Source: the human T2T-CHM13v2.0 reference genome, Homo sapiens | DNA length: 64,000 nt | Reading direction: 5' to 3' (one strand) | NCBI RefSeq assembly: GCF_009914755.1 | Contig: NC_060944.1 | Part shown: positions 29,191 to 45,880 of the stretch, piece by piece | Position numbering within the stretch: position 1 is the first letter of the stretch | Layout of the letters: each line of letters begins with the position of its first letter | Notes under the pieces: model-generated | The model's input: only the letters and a program-made list of their open reading frames with translations | Database searches by the model: none | What the model was told of the DNA's origin: nothing | Program-made: the position numbers and the translations under genes

Positions 29191-29557
29191 GCCTGCAGCT
29201 GATGCTCTGATGGCGGTGGCATTTTCTGTCTTTGCCTGGTCACTGTGCCATTTTCCCCAGGATAACATAAAGATTATAAGGAACCAATAGTCCAGTGAAA
29301 TAAAAATGAGTTTTTCCTGAAAGTCCTTTAGGTTCTTATATAAAAGCACTCTTCTCTGTCTTGGGTTTGGCACATCTCCATTCTTAAATTCCACTGAATT
29401 AGCAGCTTCCTAAATATGTCACGTTTCTTATCACAAGCCTACATACGTTGTTTTTTCTGCACAAAGCAAATAAGAACAATCGCTTGATTATTTGAAGAGA
29501 AAAAGTTAAGTTGACCTCAGGCAGCTGAAAGTGGCATCTTCTGTAGGAACCCCGATT

Positions 29558-29575
29558 AACCATCAGGGGGCGCTC
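29558..29575 (+). promoter_or_regulatory. CTCF motif
   Basis: aaCCATCAGGGGGCGCTc is a near-consensus core in the same orientation as the 29172 site. Confidence 0.7.
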
Positions 29576-30036
29576 AGACTTTGTTAAATTACTGGTAGGC
29601 CTTTAAAACCTAAAATTAGTGTTTACAGAGATTTGTTGGCATAGTCATTGGGATTTTTTTCTTTCTGGATTATTTTTTGCCTTCTGTTTTTCAGAAACAT
29701 ATGTCTGTTTTGAGGAACGTTCAAGCTGAAATTGCTCCTTTAGAAATTGTAATACTGATTTCCACTAGCAGTCAAAAATTATTACAAATTTTAGAATTTG
29801 GAGTCTAAAGACTATGTCTTATAATAAATTAGCTATTTTCAGCCTTCTAATAAGACTCCAGAACTGGAAGGATACTTCCTGCTGCCGGGAGCCATTCCTC
29901 CTTATCCTGGACATCATAGACAGTGCTCCTGGCAGGACCCTCTGAGTCTCATTGCCACACTCAATTGGTGAGGCCTCAGAGTCACAATAACTTGGGTATA
30001 TTTGTTAATGGGCCATGGCTATTTTTTCTTTTTTTA

Positions 30037-30685
<649 letters not shown>

Positions 30686-31171
30686 TCAATGTGTTACTAA
30701 CATTAGGTTTTCCCTCTGTTCTTTTCTCCAAATTCCACCCCCTGCTCCCGCCCTGGGCCAGGAATGAGTATCTGACACCCACCTCTGCTGCCACACACCT
30801 CTCAGGAGACCCTTGTTGCCTGCACCTCTGTCAAGCACGGGTAGTCTGCACACTGCACACCCTTCCCAGCCAGCTCCCCTTGTCCCCCTGCTGAAGAACA
30901 GTTAACAACCAGACCGCATGTCATGCCCGCGTATGACCCACTATTTCATGTCCCTGGATTTTATTGGAATGCTCTTGCCCCACTCTTTTACCTGGTTAAG
31001 GCCTTCTAGATTTTTCAAGGCTTAACCTTCTGAACGTTTCCTAAGCAGAGACCTGGCTGCACAGCATGCCCTTCCTGTGGTCCCCCTAGCTATTTCTGTT
31101 ATCATCTGTAGTCAGGGCTAGAAGCCATTTCCCAGTACCCTCCCTCCCGCAGTGGGGCAGGCTTCGTTTCA

Positions 31172-31467
<296 letters not shown>

Positions 31468-31670
31468 GGCAGGTTTCTTAATCACCAGTGCTGGATAGTC
31501 ATTGTGCTTCCTGAGTGAGTAAGCATGGATATATAGCTCCACCATTCACTCTAGTTTGTTTTTTTTTTTTTTAAATAAAAGTCAGTTTGTACAAGTTCCC
31601 TCACTTCTGTATGGCATCATGTACTTGAGCTGCAGGGAATCATGCATTTCATACAGTTATCTGCATAAGG

Positions 31671-31765
31671 GTGTGTGAGAGAGAGAGAGAGAGAGTGTGT
31701 GTGTGTGTGTGTGTGAGAGGGTGTGAGTGTGTGAGAGAGTGTGTGTGTGTGTGAATGTGTGTGTG
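31671..31765 (+). repeat. Compound (GA)n(GT)n microsatellite
   Basis: Directly visible. Confidence 0.95.
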
Positions 31766-33473
31766 GACACATACATTTTCAAAGGGAGACTGGTAATGAC
31801 TGTGAATATGCCCTCTGCTCATGCATCCCCAGTTTCAGGAAGCAGGACCTGGGTGAACACACTTGCAGAGAGCCTCACTGGGGTTCTTTCCTGGCTGCTG
31901 TCTTGTCTGCTGATGGAAAGGTGTCTGGCTTCGGGCCCTGACCTTGATGAGAGCTCTTGGCACATGCTGGAGGCCTGGAATGTCATCCCACAGTTCCACT
32001 GTCATCAGTTCTCAGCCAACCCCACTGTTGCCTTTTCAGCCAATTTCATGGTGTTTATTCTGGTGTCAGTCTCCTCACCGGAGCGTGGGCACCTCAAGGG
32101 CATCGAGCGAGTCTGTCTTGTTTGCTGCTGCAGCCCCAGCACAGAGTCCGATGCCTTGCTCTGCCCCTGCTCTTGGAAGGCCTGGCTGAGGCAGTTTCCC
32201 TGTCTCTTCCCATTTCAAGGGCACCCACTCATCAGGTTCCTCGAGGAAGAAACTTCACGCATCTCAGGCCTGCCTTCCCTCCATCTGTCCCCAAACCTCC
32301 CATTCCTTGACCCCTGTGCCTAAGTACTCATCACTTCCACTTAGAACCCACGGCTGCACATCAGCAAACTGAGTACATGCTTTTGTTGATCCAAATGTGC
32401 TGACAGTGCAGTGGCACTGCTTACTGAAGTCTGCTGTCTGCAGGCTGTCACACAGGATTGTCTGTAAATTTATCAGAACACTTCCAGGAAGGCATTACTG
32501 TCCCCATTCTACAGACAAGAAAACTGGTGCTTGGAGAGGTAGGGAACTTGCCCAGGATCATGCAGTGAGCAGAGTCTTTCTGGCCCCAGAGCTGATTCTG
32601 TCTCAGCTTCTGAAAGCAGCTCACATAGCCAGGCACATGCTGTGGCAGGGTTCTCCCTGCCCTACTGTTTTACTGCTTCTCAGGAGGCCCTGTGGGGCGG
32701 GTGTCTACAACGTGTACATTTGTAGGAGTGTCCCAGGAGGAGCATTTTGTTCCACTTTTGCTCTACTGCTGGCTCGCTCTGTGTGTCTTAGGACACATCT
32801 CTTAACCTCTCTGGGCTCAACCACTGCACAGTGAAGGCTCTGGATTGATAATCTGTGAATGCTGTGTTCTAATTAAATAGTGGGTTTCTTGGCCTTGGGT
32901 ATTCTGTGTCTCATTTTTGTCTTTACTTGTTGGCTCCACAAAGCAAAACCTATTGTCAGTAATTCTTACTAACTTTATATTGATGTTGACTGTGTAGACC
33001 AATTCTAGCTACGTTAGCCTTTTGTTCATATAAAATGAACAACTGACACGTAATTGTTACTGTTTTCCATAGTGCACTGTGTCATCCTGACTCCACGTAT
33101 AGAGTGTTCACTGTGTGCCAGGGCTGCTCTCGGATAAAACCTATTCTGTTGAAGTCCTGGCTGGCCCTAACTTTTTAAGTTTAACAAGGTTGAGAACACA
33201 AGTGACTTTGATTAGCATTGTCCTAATCTGGTTTATCAGTAGCAGGGGAATTTATAAGCAGTTACCAAAATGCATCCAAAATAAGATAGCTTAATGGCTA
33301 GGCAGAGGGGAGAGATGTGATGAAGTCAGTACAGCAGAATGGTAACAAGTGAGCATCTCCCTAATGGGAATGGGACATTCCTGGTAGAGCTGGGAGAAAA
33401 AATGACCAAAGCTACTGGGAAATTCTGCAGAGATAATTGTCCCATTACTTTTTAATTAATTAAAACTAATTAA

Positions 33474-33763
<290 letters not shown>

Positions 33764-34008
33764 GATTGTCCCATTCAAATGAGACCGGCGGAACATGGTT
33801 ATATTTTAATTTACTCAGTTAATCATCTGCAGTGTCTTGCCTGAAAATGGCTTATTTTGAAGTAGGACCTCCAGTCCAGTTGTAAACTTCTAGGGAAAAA
33901 ATACCAAGTCTGCCCTCTGGGGTTCCAAGAGTCGCTCCTGAGCCATGGTGCGGGGGAAAGGCAGGCTCTCTGGCTTGCAGCATGGGCCTCATGTGAGGCA
34001 GTTCTTTA

Positions 34009-34335
34009 CAACAGTGGTGGCCCTTGGGCCGTGCCCAGGCCACTGCCTCAGTCCATACGGCGGCAAGCTAAGAGTGGTTTTCACATTTTTAAATGGTTGG
34101 AAGAAAATTCAAAGAATAATGTTTCGTGACACCTGAAAGGTATATGAAATTCAAATTTCCGTGTCTATACGTGAAGTTTAATTGGAATACAGCCACATCT
34201 TTTAGTTTACAAATTGTCCATGGCTGTTTTTGTGCTACAAACACAGTTGAGTAGTTGCGGCAGACCATATGGCCCACAAAGCCTGAACTATTTACTCCCT
34301 GGTTCTTTACAGAAAACCTTTGCCAACGTCTGCCT
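34009..34335 (+). mobile_element. MER58B (hAT-Charlie)
   Basis: gctaagagtggttttcacatttttaaatggttgg...tatatgaaattcaaattt...cagaccatatggcccacaaagcct matches the consensus from memory. Confidence 0.8.
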
Positions 34336-34834
34336 TACAAGATGGAAACATTACTTCTACACTCTCAGCAAACATTACACAGTTAGATTCTGAGCACATA
34401 AGACCACATGGTGACCATATCTCATGGCCTACAACCTTAACTCTTTGATTTCTTTTACTTTCTGAAATGCAGTTTTGTTTTTCTTTCATCTACTCTAGTA
34501 GCCAAAGTAGTTGGCTCTATCCAGCACACAATAGAAAGTTCTCAGGCTTCTCCATCAGCCTTGCCTTAGCTTTACATATTAGGTATGACCTAGAGAAAAA
34601 AATGTTGGCCCCAAGAATTCTGTATAATAAAAAATCAACTATGAATTGCAGGGTCACATTTACTTTCAGAGATTTTCCCAAAAGGAAAAATAATTGCTCC
34701 TTAGATACGAGAGTGGAGAACAAAACACTGGAAAGTACGCTCTGCCCTTCTCCATGGGTAGGCCACGCACCACGCACATTTAGCTCTGAAACATGTTTCC
34801 TGTGAGAAAACCAATCACACAGACAATTAAGAAC

Positions 34835-34930
34835 CATTACACAATTAATTCACATTTCACTAGGATGTTTACTGGCTCCCTGCATTACACAATTAATTCA
34901 CATTTCACTGGGATGTTTACTGGCTCCCTG
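34835..34930 (+). repeat. 48-bp tandem duplication with 1 mismatch
   Basis: cattacacaattaattcacatttcact(a/g)ggatgtttactggctccctg at 34835-34882 and 34883-34930. Confidence 0.97.
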
Positions 34931-35369
34931 TGGCTTAAATGTTCTCAAAGCTACACTGTGTAACCACAGGACAAACAGAAAAAGCAAGTTCAAGTGGCCT
35001 CATAGAGACATGGCTTCAGGAAATCATTTTTTCCTAGAGTGCCACATGCGGAAGTGAGGTCCCTGAAATGCTCAGTGGGTCACCTCCGTGGTGGGACTCA
35101 GCATTGCTGGCTGATTGCTTTTGATGAGTTAAGTGACGACTAACACACACTCGCATAGATGTTCTCATGTGTCTGTGTTTACAGCCTTGTGCATGACTTT
35201 TTCCTTTTTTTTTCCGCTTCAGCTTTTCTGGGTTTTTATTTTTTTTTCTTTGCCAGCAGGGAAGCCAAAGAAACTTGATTCTGAAGTGCAATATTGAATA
35301 GAAATATGTAAATCAAGTATTATATAATTGAATATTGATCAAATGCCTTTAAGCAGGGCCCTATGCTTA

Positions 35370-36040
35370 GTGAAGTTCGCTTGTTCATTCCAAGTGAACA
35401 TACTCATTAAGCACCTGTTAAGTGCTGTGCACCGCCTTACCCAGGTGAGCTGAAACAGGTGTGGTCACTACCCGCATGGATCTTGCAGTTCAGAGGGGGA
35501 GGACTGGCACGTCAGTTGGCTGCACAAGTGGATGTGAAACAGCAACTTGACGAGGACTCAGTGGTAAAGATAGGGAGTCAGAAGTGGGAAGGCTCCAGCA
35601 GGACAGCACGACACTCCTGGGGGATCCACCTTGGAGGCACTGCTTGGGATTTAGGTCTTTGTGCAGAAATCAATGGAAAGGCATTGAAGAATTTTAAGCG
35701 AGGAAGTGGAGCGACCAGATTTGCATTTCAGAAAGCTCACTCTCATTGCCTAGTGGAAAATGGATAGTAGGGGACAAGATGAGTGTGTGTCACCAGTTAG
35801 GAGGTTGTTGCAGAGAGAGAAGCAAGAGCTGATAGTTTTGTTGACCAGTGTACTGGCAGTGCCCAGGGAACTGGTGAGGACTGCAGGAAGTATTGCAGGG
35901 GGGTCGAGAGGGGTGGGGGTGGAATTGGCAGGACCGAGGGCCAGACTGGATGTGAAGGAAAGAGGAGTGGAGACTGGAGAGGGGCTTGGGGAGACTAGTG
36001 GGTCAGGGGTGCCATTTGCTGAGACGGGAGGAGCTGAGCT
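35370..36040 (-). mobile_element. L2 LINE fragment
   Basis: gttcattc...cattaagcacctg end and the purine-rich antisense L2 body (accagatttgcatttcagaaagctcactct). Confidence 0.65.
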
Positions 36041-37592
36041 CACCTGCCACTGTGTCCTTTCTCCTGTGTCAGGGGCTCCCTGCTGCCCCACCCCGCCACA
36101 CCTTGTTCCCCAGTCCTGGCCTGTGAAGGCCTCTGCCTTTGGAGGTGCCGGGCTTCCTCTGTGGTCCTGCAGCTCCCCCAATCACCTGCCACAGTGCTCT
36201 CCATCCTCCCAGCTGGCAGAGATCTCTCCTGCTCCCCCTGTGGCTCTTCTTGTATGGACCGCGGCTGGCAAATTAGCCTCTTTCCACCCCTCCTAGCATT
36301 TTTATAATCCACCCTCCCCTGCAGCACCTAGCCCAGTGTCCTCAGGTAGGGGGAGGTGGGGAAATAATAGATATCCCTGCAGTTGCATTTAGTGTGTGTG
36401 TGATGTGTGTGTCACTTTCTGTAAAATGGGTTCTTGCAGGCTCACCTCACTGACAGGTCCCCACAATCCTGGCAGCTCCAGGACTGTCAGTCAGCTGCTG
36501 GCCTTTCCAGATGCTCGTAGGGGTCTTCCATGCTTCATGGAGAAATGGCTGTGAGCACTACTCAGTCATGGCAATTAAAGAAACAGGCACTAAATTTAAA
36601 GGGAACACTGAAAGGTAGCCTAGAAAATGATACCTTAGTGGAGCATGTTTTTCTGAAAAAAAAAAAGTAAATTATAGCAAAACGTAGATTTTTAAGCCAA
36701 AAGTCAACCACACTTGGCCCAAAGGGAAGGAAAAGATATATTTGCAGGGTTTCCTGTGTCCAGAAGAACAAGGCCCTGGCCGTGAGAAGGGCGGTGGTGG
36801 TGCGTGGGGTAGGGCAAAGTGTCGAGCCATGCACCAAGAATGGTTTCTCTCCCAACATCTCCTGTGACCATTCAGGCAATTCTGAAAGAATCTCAGCATC
36901 ATAAAACATTCGAGTGACACTCCCTGAGGAGACTTTTAAATTCATTAAAATTGCAAAAGCTCCTGAAAAGGCACACAGAGAAATCATATCCCGTGGAGCC
37001 AGTTTTCTTGTCATATTGGCCTCAGTCGAGACGGTCCTGGACGCCACGAACACTAGCATTTATGTGACACTTGCAGGGCCCTCTACCAGGTGTTTGTTTT
37101 GAACTCCTTTCTTAACTGTTAGTATTGCTGCCACTGGTTTGACTAAGTATTTTAACTTCCTTACCAACATCTTGAATTCCCTACTGCAAGTGTTTCATTT
37201 TTAGCTTGCCTGAAAGCACTGAAGTTTGATGCATCACTGTCTTCCAGAAGACTGTTGAGGGAAACCGGTCCCCTGCCTCAGGGGAACATGCGATCATCCT
37301 CCCCCAAGAACACGTGGCCCCACACAGGCACAGCTCAGCAGGGCGGGGTGGGCCATGCAGACCTGCCGAGGGGACACACGCAGGACGGGAGCAATGCTGT
37401 TGAGTAGCGACCCTCCCGACAAGGCCACGCTGCATCCCGATATTTTCCCTTTACTTTTAAACTCTGGGAAGTAAGTGTAAAGTTCTGGCCTCCAGTGAAT
37501 CAAAGTGCTTCTTCTCTAATGCGTTCATTATGAAAATATTAGTCTCATTGTCTTTTCTTTTTCAGAACTTAGACTGTTTCTTTATTTTGCAG

Positions 37593-37636
37593 GCATGAAA
37601 ACAAAAAGAAACCCGTGATCAATTTAAAATCTAATG
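37593..37636 (+). CDS. KIZ: KIZ penultimate coding exon (44 nt, phase 2 to 1), RHENKKKPVINLKSN
   Basis: tttattttgcag acceptor, G|gtgaga donor. Its phases bridge the 26170 donor and the 39827 acceptor exactly. Confidence 0.88.
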
Positions 37637-38689
37637 GTGAGAGAGATAATCGGACACTAGATTTTCTTTTTCTGTTTTAACCAAAAAACTCTGTGACATG
37701 CATTTGTTGTTTGCACCCTCATGTGAGTCCTGAAGCGGGCATGCTCACAGGGACTGCCATTGCAGCTGTCCCTGGGGTGGAACCTGAGGGCTTCTGGAGG
37801 CTCAGTTCTTCACAGACAGGACCACACGGGTGCCATGGACCACAGGGGCAGAGCATTGTAATTTGCAAGTATGAATTTGCAGGGGATCCTGGCCTCCATG
37901 TCTAATTAATTATCAGCACCCTGTATTTTACCAATGAAATGTTTCTTGCCTCTCTCCTCATCCTCAGAAGCACCCATTGCTCATGACCGGACAGGCTCTT
38001 GGAGTAACTCTAACTGGTTTCCTCATACCCAGTTCCTCCCAGCTCCTGGGAACTCCCAGCTCCTCCACCTGGCCACCAGCCTCCAAACCCTGGCTTCCCC
38101 CGACCTTCCTGTGTAAGGACGGCCAATGCCTCCCCGTACCTTCAGGGTAGAGTCTGAGCTTTCTCCATTCCTGGGAGGCCCCAGCCCTGCTCTCCAGCTT
38201 ATTCCTCCCAAGGTCGCCTCTTTGGGTCAAGCCACAGTCAGCTTTTTTCAGCTGTAGCACACCTATGCCTCTGTACCTTTGCCCATGTTGTTCCTTCTGT
38301 AGGGAGTTCCTTTTCCTTTTCCTCAGCCCAGTGAGCTCCTATTCATCCTTCAACACCCAACTCACGGGAAAAATCTAGCCCTCCTACCATAACACTGTGG
38401 CATATCCCCTGCCCAGCTTGGGCTCTCTCACCTCCTGTCTCCTTAAACCCCTTATACCTTAAATTAAAGGTATAATTTGATTAATAGTTTTACTGACAAT
38501 AACAAAAATATTCGCTGTTTATTTAGCCCCAGTATGTCCCACTTTGCTAACCCAGTATGGAAACTGATTCAGAGCTGCTGTAGAACCTAGGCCTAGGAAT
38601 CTGCCTTTTTAGCAAGCACCCCACTGTGAATCACTCTTCTAGAAGGACAGCTACCTACTGTGGGGGAGACAAGTACCCAGTGGGTTGTG

Positions 38690-38900
38690 ATGGAGAGTAT
38701 GGGCTTGAGTCAGATGACTTGGATGGGACTCCCAGCTTGGCCACTCACTGGCATTGTGATTGTGGCCAATTTCTTAACCCCCTTCAGCGTCCGTTTGTTT
38801 GCACAGTGAAATGGAAACATTAATACTTACCTTGCCAGGCTGGTGCGAGGATGAGATGGGGTTGTGTATGAGAAGTCAGCACAGAGCTGGCAGGTGGTGC
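38690..38900 (+). mobile_element. MIR
   Basis: gagtcagat...cccagcttggccactcactgg...taataCttaccttgccaggctgg. Confidence 0.6.
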
Positions 38901-38934
38901 CATGCAGGTGTCAGCAGAGTTAAGGGATTGTTGA

Positions 38935-39390
38935 TGTAGTAGACGTGGTCCGCTCCACTACACCTTGCCAGACCACCTGCAGGGCACCTCAGCTCCAATT
39001 CACAGACGCGCCTACAGCTTCCTGCACCAAGCAGCTGTGTCTCTCTGCCTGAGGGCTTTCTCTGGCTGCAGGAGCGTGCTCAGCCCTCACAAGGCAGCCC
39101 AAAGTACCAGGGAGTTGATGCCCTGGGTTGAGAGCAACCCTCAACCAACAGAGGCAAGTTGGTGGATCAGTAACCCCACTCCCTTGCTCTTCACTGGGAC
39201 AATCTGGGGAGAGTTCTGCAGTCTCTCAGGGGGCCCCAGCAGGCTGAGCCTTGCCTGTCCACTCACTGCCAGGCACCCACTCGTCATCATACCCTTCATT
39301 GGCTTCCTGTCTTCCTTGTGTCACTGTCCCCATGGTTCCTGGGATCACCTCTCAAGTAAATGATGTGGACCAAAGTCCTGTCTCAGGGTA
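38935..39390 (+). mobile_element. LTR16-family (ERVL) solo LTR
   Basis: gggagttgatgccc...caaccctcaaccaa and gttcctgggatcacctc...tgtctcaggg hallmarks. Confidence 0.65.
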
Positions 39391-39826
39391 ACCATCTCTG
39401 CTTATTCCTCTGCCACGTCTTTCCCTTCTCCTCTCTGCTCTCATAAAGAAGAATGGGAGATGAAAGTGGAGGGGCAGCTGAGGTGGGGCGGCATCAGGCT
39501 GATACAACACCCCAGGGAACCCTGCTTCCATGTAACCCTGACCTTAAATCCCTATCCTATAATAAAGAGTTGGGCACAACAGAAGGGAAAAGGAAGTATT
39601 CTGCAAATTGTTTTCCATAACAGTGCAGAGGACACACTTTGCAATGTGTAATTTGTGCAGTATGACATGCATTTGGGTGTGTCTGGTCAGGTACATCATG
39701 TGGTGTCCCTGTTATGCATTTTGCAGACTGACACTCTGCTTAACCAGTCCTTCCGTGCTGTGCTGTTTTGTAAGCTCTTAACCAGAATGCAAAAATGTTA
39801 AATAACTGTCTGGTTTTATTTTCCAG

Positions 39827-39924
39827 CCCTCTGGGATGAGTCTGATGACAGTAACTCAGAAATTGAGGCTGCTTTACGCCCCAGAAACCATAACACCGAT
39901 GATTCTGATGATTTTTATGACTAA
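39827..39924 (+). CDS. KIZ: KIZ terminal coding exon, ALWDESDDSNSEIEAALRPRNHNTDDSDDFYD-stop
   Basis: ttttattttccag acceptor, TAA at 39922-39924, acidic C-terminus recognised as kizuna. Confidence 0.92.
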
Positions 39925-39945
39925 CGTGCTGTGACATTGGTTTCA

Positions 39946-40001
39946 AATAAAGTCTTTAAACAAACTAAAATCCTGTGTTAATATGTGATGTCCAAAATAA
40001 A
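39946..40001 (+). terminator. KIZ: KIZ polyadenylation signals: AATAAA at 39946-39951 and a second at 39996-40001
   Basis: Canonical hexamers 21 and 71 nt after the stop codon, each followed by GU/U-rich sequence. Confidence 0.8.
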
Positions 40002-40129
40002 TATGTTCTTTTAAGTTTTCTCATTGTTTTATGGGAAAACTTAGGACTACATTGCTATTCAAGTGAAATTTTATGACATAAATATGAACTTGCATATTCA
40101 TTTTTAAGTTCATCATGAAGCAAAGTGAT

Positions 40130-42545
<2,416 letters not shown>

Positions 42546-43937
42546 AAAGGAAATTGGTAATTCATACATCTTGGGGTGTAGTGACTACAGGCAACTCTTG
42601 GTGCAACACTTTCTCACTTTTAAATGGTCACTTTAGTCAATGTCAGAAGTTAATTGTGCAACTCAGGAGCCTGGGACTCATGGTGGGTCATGTGACTACT
42701 CTGGCTTCCTTTGAGCCCTCAGAATCTCTGAAATTGAAATGATTTTTAAAGCATTGTGTGTATTTTGTTTTTAAATCACCTCCTGCTTGTCACTTACCTA
42801 CTCAAGAACTTGGGAGATGTCTTTGATTCACTCCTTTATTCTCCCTTCTTTCCACTCAAATTACCAAGGCCTTTCCTATCTCTTCCCTGCCATCATCACC
42901 ATCCCCATCTGAGCCTTCACACCTGAGTTTCTGCAGCAGGTGTCTTGATATTGCCCTTGGCAACTAAGAAAAATCCTGCCATGGGTTTCCTTTTTCTTTC
43001 TTCTTAAAAAGGTATAACTTGGGTATTATTAATTTGCTAATAATAAAATAGCTGCTATTTATTGAGCACCCTATTATAACCCAGACACTTTGCTTGCTCA
43101 GCATAGAAACCAACTCAAAGCTGATGTAGAGACTAGGAATCTGCATTTTTAGTGATTTCTGTGGGAATCACTGTTCTAGAAAGACAGCTATCTACTATGA
43201 GGAAATAAATCCAACTCTGAAATCCATGTTTTTATCCATTTGATGGGAGGCAAGGAATGTTGGCTGTTTGGTTTTTTGTTGTTGTTGTTTGTTTTGTTTT
43301 GTTTTTTGTTTTTCTTCATTATGTTGTTCTGGCTTAGTTGTTCTAATAAAATATTTCATTCTTTGGTTTTTAAAACTTTTAAGCTTTATACTACAGCGTT
43401 ATTTTTCTATATTCTCTCTTCCCTATCCACAATTATTAAATAATGGGAGTTGACTCTAATGGTAATTCTCCACATAAATAAAGGGGGTACTTTATGGCTC
43501 AAAGCACACGATGGAAAGATTTAGAATCACGCTATTTTAGGACTGGAAAAGCTTTTAGAGATCACATGGTCTTTGAATTTTAGAGTCAAAAAGGACATTA
43601 TTCATCAAAACTTCTCATTTTAGAAAACTTGGTCAAAAGTGATACATAAATATGGCAGCTAAGTGAAGAGCAATATAGATACTAACTTGTCAGTAGACAC
43701 TAAGAAGACAAAGAGAAGCGTGCCTGGCAAGGATTGAAGTTAAATGGAAAAATGTGGCTTGCATTGGCCAATGCAATGTGAACACAAGTAACCAATGCCA
43801 CTTTTGGTTAGAAGCTTTAGTGCTATGTGTGATTCTCTCCTCTTTCCTGCATCAGCAGCCATGGCAGCATGGGACAAGTGGAGCCTCCATCAGCCTGGCT
43901 GCATCAGTGACTAGGAAGAGCAGACCTCCCCTGCTAA

Positions 43938-44322
<385 letters not shown>

Positions 44323-44759
44323 TATTTATGTATATTCTGATTAGGCCACGTGTAATTTAATTTTGGAGTGGTGAGACTTGCAAGGTTTCCTAAATGCTCA
44401 CTGAATAAACATTACACCTTTGAGATTTTTTTAAAGAAAATTTGATTCTGAATAAAGAACATATTTTTTCCTTTTTCCAGTTAAGAACCTCAAGTATCTG
44501 TGGTTAGACTATTTCTAAATGAAGTGGTAACAATTACAGTTGCAGAAGGTGAGGAACAAGTTGCACACCTTGGGGCAGGGATTGGGGGACATTTTTAGAA
44601 CTGAGCTGTGGTAGTCAATAAATGGGAGTCTGTTGACAGGAAAACCTCCAGAAACCACAGCCTGCGGGGAAGCCCTCTGTGGTTTCTGGAAAGCAGGCAC
44701 AGCATCTGGAGCATTTCCCTGGGTATTTGTATGTATCTCCACTGGAAAGTAGCAAATGA

Positions 44760-45420
44760 ACTGGGTTCCTCCAACCATCTGACCCAAGAGGTAGAACTGA
44801 ATTCTCCCTCCTCCCCCCATTTCTAATGTGGGCTGGACTTAGTGACTCACTTCCACAGAATAGAGATGGAAAGGGGGAAATAGTAATGGTACAGTGGAGA
44901 AACCTGCCTGACACCACCTTACGTGATGAAGGTTAACACCCATGAGTCATGACTCGTGTGGATATCTGGAACCCTGACATGCTGCCGGGAGACGGGCACT
45001 TCTCCTCTATAGTGTTCTTTCTGAAAAATCTTAACCACAGCTTAATCATGAAAAATATCAGATAACCTTGGGACATTTGACAAAACACCCAGCCATTACT
45101 CCTCAAAACAGACAGTGTCATGAAAACCAAGGAAAGACTAAGAAACTTTCACAGACCAGAGGAGAAAGAGACATGACAACTAAAATGCATTGTGGGGCCC
45201 TGGTGGGATCCTCGAACCAAAAAAAGGACATTCACGGAAAATCTGGTGAAATGTGAGTAAAGTCTGGAGTTTAATATTAATGTACCATGTTGGTTTCTTA
45301 GTTTTGACAAATGTGCCACAGCAATGTAAGATGATAATATTAAGGGCAACTGAAACTGGGCTAGGGGTATATAAGAACTCTGCATTATCTTTGCAACAAA
45401 TCTAAAATTATTCCACATAA
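44760..45420 (+). mobile_element. L1MC-type 3' UTR fragment
   Basis: acagtggagaaacctg, aaggaaagactaagaaact and ctttgcaac...tctaaaattattcca motifs. Confidence 0.7.
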
Positions 45421-45880
45421 ACTAACCTCCATCAATAAATGTTATTGACACTTGGGTGATACCCTTTCACACTTTTTCTGTGCACATATGCTTTTTCATT
45501 CTCTTAAACGTTTCTATTTTTAATCTCAATGTTACCAGGCTTAAAAGATTGATACCCACTAAGAAAACAAAACAGGCCTTCAACCAGGGCACTAACTTGC
45601 TATTTGTCAGCAATGCTGATGGGGTATACAGAGTCCTACATCTTAACATCTTTTACCTACAGATCACATGCTGCACTGATGATAGTCCAGAAGAAAGCCT
45701 AGGTTTGCTGCTAGTCTTTAAAACTTTGCTAACCATTTTCTTACTTTGTAGCAATAGAGTAGGCCTAGGACCCCACACTAGTAGCAAGCAAAATTTTCCA
45801 GCTACAATTTAACCTTTCTTTTTTCTTTTTAGTTACTTTCTATTTATCTCAAATGGCTCTGGTTTAAAATGTACAGAAGT

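Noticed and set aside
31727-32323. 198-aa ORF
   Set aside because: Starts inside a (GT)n microsatellite, has no recognisable domain, and is not needed for the KIZ reading frame.
35750-36296. Overlapping 178-aa and 143-aa ORFs on opposite strands
   Set aside because: Lie over an L2 remnant and GC-rich sequence, consistent with chance open frames.
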